From NCBI GenBank assembly GCA_017614505.1, contig JAGABT010000001.1, positions 515 through 64,514 on the forward strand: a stretch of 64,000 nt of DNA, in the 5' to 3' direction. Position 1 is the stretch's first letter; each line of letters starts with the position of its first letter. A program made the translations under genes and the position numbers. The notes under the pieces were generated by a model that saw nothing but the letters and a program-made list of their open reading frames with translations, was not told the DNA's origin and made no database searches. Source of the DNA: Selenomonadaceae bacterium (GTDB taxonomy: Bacteria > Bacillota > Negativicutes > Selenomonadales > Selenomonadaceae). Of this stretch, positions 27,001 through 33,850 are shown in pieces.

Positions 27001-28244
27001 AAGAGGCAATCAGCGTTTCGGCACTGGCTGAGCGCGCCGGACAGTTTCTGATGAATAATCCCGTGGCGTTCTACGACATGAAAAATTTCCTGACCGCGCA
27101 GAATGGTCGCGAAATTTTTACCGACTTCCTGAGCGGTTTCGACGGCGGGACGATTATCGAACTGGCGCAGGAAATTGGCGTCGAAAATACCGTGGCGGAA
27201 TGCCAGCGGCGCATTACTGCCGGCGACAGCATTTGGCTCCACGATAAGGAAACTGCCGAGGGTGAACTGCGCAAATTAATCGTCGACTACAAAATTATTC
27301 TAGCGAGCCGGAATTTCGGCAGGGACGGCAAATCGTTCAGCGCCTGCGTTCAAAGCTGGCAGAGTTTGTGCCGGTACAGTTTGAAAATCCCTGCCGACGT
27401 GCTTGGCGACTACTACCCGCCGCTGAAAAGTTTCTTCGCGATGCTAAAGGAACTTACGGAACGCGGCGAAATTCCTCAGAGCAAGCGGGAAAATTTTTTG
27501 AGCCAGCTTACCGACAACGCCGAGCAAATCCAAGACGCAATTTATGAGCCGCTGAAAGTCCTGCGCGAAAAATATTCCTACCAGCTCGGCGGCTTGAACG
27601 AGGAAGAAATACAATCGCTGTACAGCAACCTGCCGAATAATTCGTTCACCGATTCGCAGGGGCATTACCACAAAAATGTTGCGGATTCTGCGAAAAAAAT
27701 GCAGAGCGCTCAGCTTCGGATCAAACTTTTGAATTTGTGGTTTGAACTCACGCAAAGCAAGTCGCCACGCGAATGGTCGAACGCTCATCGCACGCCGATT
27801 CTGGCAATGGTTCCAGATTCGGAGCGACAAAACGCGCGGAAAATTTTTGAAACTGTCATGGCGACTTCGCCGGAGGAAAAAGATGTTCGCGCCGCTATCG
27901 AGTACTTTGAACAGCGTCCGAAATTTCTAAGCGCGCTCAATGACGCTCGGAAAATCGAGGAGGCGTTCAGCGTGGTGGTTATCGGCGAGTACCGCAGTTT
28001 TCTGAAGGACAACGACGAAATTCGCGATGAGCTTGAGCGGAAGTTTTCCCGCGAAGCCTATGATTGGCACAATGCTACGGAACTCGTGAAAAATTTCGCT
28101 GAAAATAAATATTACACGGGCAGCGCGCACGATAAGGTTACGGAACGGGTTGAGCGGATGTCCGCCGAATCCGCGAAGAAACTGCTGGTTGAGTTGGTGG
28201 ACAAAGATTTTGAAGTCGGCTTGAAAATTTTGAAGGAGTCCTGA
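24045..28244 (+). CDS. brxC: BREX BrxC/PglY large P-loop ATPase.
   Basis: 1399 aa. Walker A is GSYGTGKS and Walker B-like is IVLFWDEF. It sits between brxP and pglZ. The start is TTG 24045 (overlapping the brxP stop) or TTG 24054. Confidence 0.78.
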   Translation: MTALAYEADKYFDFFEIDEGFYPEINESSIKDAKNRWQNTFPHADIIELLKITERALSRASNTSNRSLWLDGSYGTGKSRILWMMQNLLSCPETEFDAYFDEYDNLRREIDLRERLRTIRRGKVITALRYSTGSITSSQKLIFAVFESLTAALKSSGCKFDGAKTLCGKIANWLEADDANRELFRAKIKKREYIMSGSLRNRSVEEIIERLKNPSAKVSYLVEDILKLGEREGIIAFKIDMKDLTEWIAEVIAENNLQAIVLFWDEFSKFFANNRNNLDELQRLAELSNIAPFYLFIATHQIEELPGAGEQGFKVVSDRFMTKTITMPDNIAFELIGHALKVKPDAQNTWTHISAALRERTAEPRKAVMKFDKLHNEKILTDLLPIHPMTAILLKNLSVYFASNQRSIFNFIKNTDPKVKAFQDFINTKSPLNGDLLTIDYLWNFFYESGTDEHGGSVGRMNLRPSIRAILDSYALNENNLSADEKIVLKALLLFQAINQESHGVIELFHPTEKNLELAFTGVADMENGRAVAIANNLVRKDILFKKPGKIETFAVMALGSDFAEIERLKKDIADRVRTAALLEGAELIKAMELELSQAQKARYVLVPVTADNFTLTINRLTNEVETYQIKVIVCIARNEDEQHKIHNLLSGALSNERYDGLVFIDASSNTMSQDIFTRWVENSASEQYWRGKDNALADKMKDNAVDCLKEWKGSFAKGSFVYYHATKTGDREKISCQNFDGVKMEITANVRRLYPYSFDDADITATLFQVTSFKNFAKAGAEQTEYQMLKLKDIKTVLGDVWQMSQNYWEVYPTLSISRLKIELDALIKSEIESDVRISFDDIFSFLLERGFMPVNIYAFLTGFLLKEYAGDPYRFSAGLDGNFGGAMNSGKLAEYVAESIKQAQSQSKNYRPKYLEIMSQNQRQFMEFASKIFDVQEDISVEQSAQKLRLKLINLGCPIWCYVDAAPDKYKDFLRLLAEIANSKEAISVSALAERAGQFLMNNPVAFYDMKNFLTAQNGREIFTDFLSGFDGGTIIELAQEIGVENTVAECQRRITAGDSIWLHDKETAEGELRKLIVDYKIILASRNFGRDGKSFSACVQSWQSLCRYSLKIPADVLGDYYPPLKSFFAMLKELTERGEIPQSKRENFLSQLTDNAEQIQDAIYEPLKVLREKYSYQLGGLNEEEIQSLYSNLPNNSFTDSQGHYHKNVADSAKKMQSAQLRIKLLNLWFELTQSKSPREWSNAHRTPILAMVPDSERQNARKIFETVMATSPEEKDVRAAIEYFEQRPKFLSALNDARKIEEAFSVVVIGEYRSFLKDNDEIRDELERKFSREAYDWHNATELVKNFAENKYYTGSAHDKVTERVERMSAESAKKLLVELVDKDFEVGLKILKES

Positions 28245-28246
28245 GC

Positions 28247-30148
28247 GTGGAAACTTTGAGCGTTGCCGCCGCCACAGAAAAAATTCGAGCTTACCTGAAA
28301 CGTGATATTCCTCGCCCGTACTTCGTGATTTCTGACGGCGCCGATGAATGTGCGGAATTTCAAAAAATTTTCAGCGGAACTCTCGCGCAGATTTACATTT
28401 CGGACTTTTGCGCGGGCGATTCGCCGCTTGATAATGATTTACTCGTCGAGAGACTGGACGCGTTGGAACGCGACACGATTTGTTTCGGTCTTGGCGGGTA
28501 TATTTATTTTACCGCGCAGGAAGATATTTTGCGGGAACTGCAGGACAGGAATTTCAAGCGGAAAGTGATTTTTATTTGCAGCGGCGTTGCGAATTTGCTT
28601 GAGCGGCTCGCTGAGGAAGATTCAAAATTCCGCGCGAATCAGATTTGCCGCGTTGCTGGCAGTGGCAGTTTTTCCGTCGTGAGTTACAGCGCGAATTTGA
28701 ACGTTCCAACCGACGCTAAAAATTTTTCTGCACTGCTTAAGCTGGCGGAGAGCGGCAGTCGTTCGATAACTGTGCAGACGGATTTGCCGCTGGAAAATGT
28801 TCGCGAGATAACCAGTTTCTACGACGCGATTAAATTTCGTGAGCCTGATTTCAGCGCGCCGCCAGACGCTTTAAGTGCTCAGCAGTGTCAGGAATATTTT
28901 TCAGACGATAACTGCACAGGCTACCCGCCGGAACATTGGCGGAGTTTCGCGGCTGGCTTCAAGGGCAAAATCCTCAACCGTTACTTGAAATTCGTCTTTG
29001 AGCATTCGGCGGGCTACGAAGATTATTTGCGGAATTTGTTCTTCGCGCTGTTCGACGCTGACGATAAAAATTTTGCGGAATTTTACGCGCTGAGGAAAGC
29101 CGCCGTCAAAAATATTTCGTCGCCGTATCTTTCCGAGTACGTCGCGCGGGTGGAAAAATCCGCCACCGATGCCGTAAAATTTCTGACGGATAACACCGCC
29201 GCCGAACGCCGCGCTATGATTCGAGCAGTGCAGGGTAAGGAAAAAATTCCGGCGGCTCTGGAGAAAAATTATCCCGCGCTGGCTGATTATCTGGCGGACT
29301 TCGACTACGGCGACGAGGAACTCACAGAATATTTTCGGCGGTACAGGAAAATCAAGCTGCTTAACGTCGACGACGAAAATTTCAAGCGGCGCGTCAGGGA
29401 ACTGGCGCTCAATCGACCGTTTAACAGGTTCGAGACGCGGCAGAAACTTTTGGAACGCGCTGGCGGGAACGCTAAACTTTACTGGCTGGACGCGCTGGGC
29501 GCAGAGTTTTGCGGGTACATTCAGGCGCGGGCGGTTCAGTTCGGACTTCACGCGGAAATTGAAATTGCCCGTGCGGATTTGCCGACGCTGACTTCGCAGA
29601 ATAAATATTTCTACGACGATTGGCGCGGCGCTAAGTTCGACAAGAACCAGCAGCTGGACGAGCTGAAACATTCGCCAGAAAAATTCGACGCCGACGGAAA
29701 ATGCTCTGCGCCGACCTACCTTGATGCGGAACTCGAAATTATCGGTAAAGTTATCGAGGAAATAAAAAATGCGCTGGCAGTTGGCGACGCCGATAAAATT
29801 ATTTTGACTTCCGACCACGGCGCCAGTCGGCTCGCGGTTATGTACGGGCGCGAAAATAAGTTCAGAATGAACTCCGTCGGCGAACATTCTGGGCGCTGCT
29901 GCCCTATAAACTACCTCGACGCCAGACCTGACTGCGCCAGCGAAGAAAATGGCTACTGGGTGCTGGCGAACTACGACAGATTCAGCGGCGGGCGTCTTAG
30001 CTCGGTCGAAGTACACGGCGGCGCGACGCTCGAAGAAATTTTGGTGCCGGTAGTTGAATTTTCACTGCAGGGCGCTGAAACTTCGCAGGCGGAGAAAATT
30101 CCTGCGCCGCTTGAAAATCTTGACGAGGGCTTTGACTTTTTTGAATGA
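28247..30148 (+). CDS. pglZ: PglZ alkaline-phosphatase-superfamily protein.
   Basis: ILTSDHGASRL motif near the C-terminus. The GTG start is 2 nt after the brxC stop, with SD GAAGGAG. Confidence 0.82.
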   Translation: METLSVAAATEKIRAYLKRDIPRPYFVISDGADECAEFQKIFSGTLAQIYISDFCAGDSPLDNDLLVERLDALERDTICFGLGGYIYFTAQEDILRELQDRNFKRKVIFICSGVANLLERLAEEDSKFRANQICRVAGSGSFSVVSYSANLNVPTDAKNFSALLKLAESGSRSITVQTDLPLENVREITSFYDAIKFREPDFSAPPDALSAQQCQEYFSDDNCTGYPPEHWRSFAAGFKGKILNRYLKFVFEHSAGYEDYLRNLFFALFDADDKNFAEFYALRKAAVKNISSPYLSEYVARVEKSATDAVKFLTDNTAAERRAMIRAVQGKEKIPAALEKNYPALADYLADFDYGDEELTEYFRRYRKIKLLNVDDENFKRRVRELALNRPFNRFETRQKLLERAGGNAKLYWLDALGAEFCGYIQARAVQFGLHAEIEIARADLPTLTSQNKYFYDDWRGAKFDKNQQLDELKHSPEKFDADGKCSAPTYLDAELEIIGKVIEEIKNALAVGDADKIILTSDHGASRLAVMYGRENKFRMNSVGEHSGRCCPINYLDARPDCASEENGYWVLANYDRFSGGRLSSVEVHGGATLEEILVPVVEFSLQGAETSQAEKIPAPLENLDEGFDFFE

Positions 30149-30160
30149 CGGGAGACAGCG

Positions 30161-31600
30161 ATGGAACAGCGACTGAGAAAAATTTTTTCCGACATGATAG
30201 TTTACAAGGATTTGAAGAACAGCAACTTTTTTTCCGCGCTGAGTCTGCCGTCGTTTATGCGTGACTGGCTGCTGAGGCGCTTCGAGGACACCGACGGCAA
30301 ATTCGATACCGACGAACTTTCAGATTTCGTGCGGCGCTTCATTCCCAAAAAAGACGAATGGAAGGCGATTAAAAGCCGAATCGTTATGGATAACGAGCGC
30401 GTCAAACTGCTGGCGAAAATTTCAATCGAAATTGACGTAGCGAGCGGCGCGGCGTCATTTTCCCTGCCGGATTTCGGACTTTCCGCCAGCGAAACGATGA
30501 TTGACGAAAGTATCTGGCAGCTCTACAAGGACGAACTAGTCAACGGCAGCGAGGTCTGGGGCATGATTGAGCTCGGTTACCGCCCGCCCGATTACGATAC
30601 GCGCGCGAAGGTTACCGGCAAAATCCGTCTGCTCAAGTTCAAAAATTTCTGCCCCTACAAAATCAATCTCGATTTCTACAAGGACGCGCGGAAAAATTTT
30701 TCGTTCGAGGAATGGCTGGAAATTCTCCTTGGCGCGATGGACTACAATGCGGCGGGCTACACTCGCGAAGAAGAAAAATTAACAATGTTGACCCGTCTTT
30801 TGCCCTTCGTCGAGAAACGTTTGAATCTTATCGAACTGGCACCGAAAGGTACCGGCAAATCCTACGTTTTCGGGCGCGTCAGTCGCTTCGGCTGGCTCTC
30901 CAGCGGCGGCGTCATGAGTCGCGCCAAAATGTTCTACGATATGCAGAAACGTCAGGAAGGACTCGTCGCCTATAACGATTTCGTGACGCTCGACGAGGTG
31001 CAGACGATTTCTTTCAGGGACACCGACGAAATGCGCGGCGCCTTGAAGGGCTATCTGGAAAACGGCGTCTACACCGTCGGCAACCACTCCAACAACGCCG
31101 AGGCGGGCGTCATTCTTTGCGGCAACATTTCGAAAAGCGTCATGGATATGGACGGCGCCGAAAATATGTTCGACGAACTTCCGCCGGTCTTCCACGAATC
31201 CGCGCTGATTGAACGCTTTCACGGCTTCATCAAGGGCTGGAACATTCCGCGCATGAATGACGATATGAAAATTTGCGGCTGGGCGCTCAACTGCGAATAT
31301 TTCTGCTCGATTCTGCACGAACTACGCGAGGATATCAGCTACCGCGCTATCGTCGACCAGCTTGTTAAGGTGCCGGAAAAAGCTGACACGCGCGATACCG
31401 CCGCTGTCAAGCGCATTGCGACGGCGTATTTGAAACTGCTTTTCCCCGACGTTCGCCGCGTTGAAGATGTCGACAGGGAAAAATTTCAGCGCCACTGCCT
31501 TGAGCGTGCCTGTCAAATGCGGGCGACGATTCGGCACCAGCTCGCTCTGCTAGACGTTGAGTACGCCGGCAAGGAAATTCCGAAGTTCGAGGTAATTTGA
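30161..31600 (+). CDS. brxL: BrxL-like AAA ATPase (short ~470-aa form; no obvious Lon protease domain).
   Basis: Walker A is LAPKGTGKSYVF and Walker B is FVTLDEVQ. It sits immediately after pglZ. Confidence 0.68.
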   Translation: MEQRLRKIFSDMIVYKDLKNSNFFSALSLPSFMRDWLLRRFEDTDGKFDTDELSDFVRRFIPKKDEWKAIKSRIVMDNERVKLLAKISIEIDVASGAASFSLPDFGLSASETMIDESIWQLYKDELVNGSEVWGMIELGYRPPDYDTRAKVTGKIRLLKFKNFCPYKINLDFYKDARKNFSFEEWLEILLGAMDYNAAGYTREEEKLTMLTRLLPFVEKRLNLIELAPKGTGKSYVFGRVSRFGWLSSGGVMSRAKMFYDMQKRQEGLVAYNDFVTLDEVQTISFRDTDEMRGALKGYLENGVYTVGNHSNNAEAGVILCGNISKSVMDMDGAENMFDELPPVFHESALIERFHGFIKGWNIPRMNDDMKICGWALNCEYFCSILHELREDISYRAIVDQLVKVPEKADTRDTAAVKRIATAYLKLLFPDVRRVEDVDREKFQRHCLERACQMRATIRHQLALLDVEYAGKEIPKFEVI

Positions 31601-31807
31601 TTGGCTAAGAAAATTTTCAGCTGCATTGCCTGCGGGAAAAGCCCGCTGACGAAGAATGAAGTCGGTATAACGAAAAAGCTTTTGGGCGCGAAGTCCAGAA
31701 ATTTTTATTGCATAGATTGTCTGGCGGATTTTCTGGAGGTCGAGCCGCAGGATATTCTTGACAAGATTGAGGAATTTAAAAATGACGGTTGCAGGCTCTT
31801 CGAGTAA
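31601..31807 (+). CDS. Small zinc-ribbon protein (68 aa).
   Basis: The TTG start abuts the brxL stop. There are two CxxC pairs (CIACG ... CIDCL). Only a non-ATG start is available, so confidence is moderate. Confidence 0.45.
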   Translation: MAKKIFSCIACGKSPLTKNEVGITKKLLGAKSRNFYCIDCLADFLEVEPQDILDKIEEFKNDGCRLFE

Positions 31808-32933
31808 AATAATTTACGCGGACAACGCGGCGACGACGCCACTTGACGCGGACGCGCTGGCGTTGATGATTGAACTTCAGAAAAATTTTTTTGCAAATCC
31901 TTCGGCGGCGTACAATCTTTCGCGCCCACTGAAAAAAGTTCTGCAGGAGTCGCGGGAAAAAATTGCCGCGTGCATTAACGCTGAGCCGTACGAAATTTTT
32001 TTCACGTCGGGAGGCTCCGAGAGCGATAACTGGGCGATAAAATCTGTCGCGCTGGAAAATTTGAGCGAGCGTCCAGACATAGTTACTTCCGGCATTGAGC
32101 ACAAGGCGATTCTAAATTCCTGCGCGGCGATGAAAAATTTGGGCTGCACCGTGACGAAAGTGCCAGTCGATTACACCGGCACAGTCAGTCCCGCCGCTCT
32201 GAGGACGAAAATTTCACGGCGCACAAAAATTGTTTCCGTCATGCTGGCGAATAACGAAGTCGGAACGATTCAGCCAGTTAAATTGCTCGCGGAAATTGCG
32301 CACGACAAGAGAAAAATTTTCCACACGGATGCGGTACAGGCAGTCGGACACATTCCGATTGACGTAGAATTTCTGGGGGTGGATATGCTGTCAGCTTCGG
32401 CGCACAAGTTCAACGGACCAAAAGGCGTCGGCTTCCTGTACGTTCGCGAAGGACTGGAAATTTTGCCGTATATTGACGGCGGCGGGCAGGAATTTTCTAA
32501 GCGCGCTGGGACGGAAAACGTTCCGGCCATTGCGGCGATGGCTCTGGCTCTCGAAAAAAATTGCCGCGCAATGCGGAAGACTGCCGCAAAACTTTCTGCC
32601 TGCACGAAAACTCTGATTGACTGCCTCAGGAACAGCGGCGCGGATTTTATCGTGAATGGTGACGAAAATCGTTTGCCTGGGCATTTGAGTTTGTCTTTCA
32701 GAAACTGCGACGGCGAAACTTTAATGCACCGGCTCGACTTGAAAAATATCTGCGTGTCGACGGGTTCTGCGTGCAATTCGCGGCGGACGGAAATTTCTCA
32801 CGTGCTGAAGGCGATGAAAGTTCCGCGCGAGTACGTTCGCGGGACGATTCGCGTAACTTTCGGCAGGAACAATTCCGTCAGCGAGGCGGAAACTATCGGT
32901 AGAAGTTTGTCGGAAATATTTTCTGAGAAATAA
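31782..32933 (+). CDS. Class V aminotransferase / cysteine desulfurase (NifS/IscS/DndA-like).
   Basis: IYADNAATTP, the PLP-lysine motif SAHKFNGPKG, and the active-site STGSACNS. ATG 31782 has SD GAGGAA. It overlaps the small ORF by 26 nt. Confidence 0.85.
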   Translation: MTVAGSSSKIIYADNAATTPLDADALALMIELQKNFFANPSAAYNLSRPLKKVLQESREKIAACINAEPYEIFFTSGGSESDNWAIKSVALENLSERPDIVTSGIEHKAILNSCAAMKNLGCTVTKVPVDYTGTVSPAALRTKISRRTKIVSVMLANNEVGTIQPVKLLAEIAHDKRKIFHTDAVQAVGHIPIDVEFLGVDMLSASAHKFNGPKGVGFLYVREGLEILPYIDGGGQEFSKRAGTENVPAIAAMALALEKNCRAMRKTAAKLSACTKTLIDCLRNSGADFIVNGDENRLPGHLSLSFRNCDGETLMHRLDLKNICVSTGSACNSRRTEISHVLKAMKVPREYVRGTIRVTFGRNNSVSEAETIGRSLSEIFSEK

Positions 32934-32971
32934 AAAAAGCGCCGGTATCGATTTTGACACCGGCGTTTTTT
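32932..32971. terminator. Bidirectional intrinsic terminator.
   Basis: A7 run, a 7-bp GC stem (32940-32946 / 32959-32965), then T6 (32966-32971). It lies between the convergent desulfurase and sdhB genes. Confidence 0.75.
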
Positions 32972-33018
32972 AAGAGTACTGCACGATTAAAGAAACATTT
33001 GCAATTAAAGGCGAAACA

Positions 33019-33085
33019 TTTTCTTTGCCAGCAGCAAACGCTCCTACTCGTCGCGTCTGCACTTTCTCGAAAGAAATGCTGAAAC
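33019..33085. repeat. Mosaic intergenic hairpin element, copy 2.
   Basis: ttctttgccagcagcaa, then hairpin 33034-33060 (gcaaacgc / loop tcctactcgtc / gcgtctgc), then tttctcgaaagaaatgctgaaaca. Confidence 0.8.
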
Positions 33086-33090
33086 ACTTT

Positions 33091-33837
33091 TTAGAAGTTG
33101 AAAATATTTTTGAGCGCCTGCTTGTTCACGTCACGGTTGAGCTGCGCGAGGTAGGTGGTGAGCTTGATAGACTTCGGGCAGACTTCGACGCAGTTTTGAG
33201 AATTGCCGCAACTGGTGATACCGCCTTTTTCCATGAGCGCATTGAGACGCTTCGGCGCGTCGAATTTTCCAAGCGGGTGCAGATTGAAAAGATACGCCTG
33301 TACCGTCGGCGCGGGACCAATGAAATCTGACTGCGGACCGACATTCGGGCAGGCTTCGAGGCAACAGCCGCAAGTCATGCAGTGCGAAATTTCGTAGGCG
33401 GTCGCGGCGGTGTAGGGATTCTGAATCGGAGCGTCGCGGACTTCCCACGAGCCGTCGAGTTCAATCCAGCCCATAATTTTTTTCAGGCTCTCGAACATAA
33501 CGCTCCTGTCAATCAGCAGGTCTCGAATCACAGGGAAAGTCCGAGCCGGCGCAAGGTGAATCGGCTTTTCAATTTCGTCGACGAGCGCACAGCACGCCTG
33601 CCGCGCCTTGCCGTTGATAACCATCATGCACGCGCCGCAAACTTTTTCGAGGCAGTTGCATTCCCACGTAACCGGCGCAACGCGCTTGCCGTCAACCGTC
33701 ACGGGATTTTTCTGAATTTCCATAAGCGCGGCGACGACGTTCAAGCCTGGGCGATAGTCCACGTCAAATTCCTGCGTGTAGGGCTTTTCGTTCGGACCGT
33801 CCTGCCGCTCAATTACAAATCTGACTTTATCTGGCAT
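33091..33837 (-). CDS. sdhB: Succinate dehydrogenase / fumarate reductase iron-sulfur subunit.
   Basis: Cys clusters CNCLEKVCGAC, CMTCGCCLEACP and CGNSQNCVEVCP. Confidence 0.9.
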   Translation of the reverse strand: MPDKVRFVIERQDGPNEKPYTQEFDVDYRPGLNVVAALMEIQKNPVTVDGKRVAPVTWECNCLEKVCGACMMVINGKARQACCALVDEIEKPIHLAPARTFPVIRDLLIDRSVMFESLKKIMGWIELDGSWEVRDAPIQNPYTAATAYEISHCMTCGCCLEACPNVGPQSDFIGPAPTVQAYLFNLHPLGKFDAPKRLNALMEKGGITSCGNSQNCVEVCPKSIKLTTYLAQLNRDVNKQALKNIFNF

Positions 33838-33850
33838 AGCGAATCACTCC

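Noticed and set aside
16342-30016. Long minus-strand ORFs inside the Hsp70/BREX block: 16342-17265, 17999-19045, 19253-20740, 22597-23235, 24465-25406, 26028-27242 and 28901-30016.
   Set aside because: Each lies fully antisense to a plus-strand gene with clear family motifs or tight operon coupling. Their compositions are low-complexity (F/R/G/V/A-rich) and they have no SD. They are typical antisense artefacts of codon bias.
12600-33000. Evidence that the pseudopilin/Hsp70/BREX block is a mobile island (integrase, transposase, tRNA target, direct repeats).
   Set aside because: I recognised no recombinase, IS or tRNA in or beside the block. The only flanking repeats are the mosaic hairpin elements at 9.7 kb, 33.0 kb and 39.9 kb, and these also occur at unrelated loci. 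Mobility cannot be claimed from this window.
33025-33330. 101-aa plus-strand ORF starting in the repeat element.
   Set aside because: After the repeat it runs antisense into sdhB, so it is a shadow ORF.
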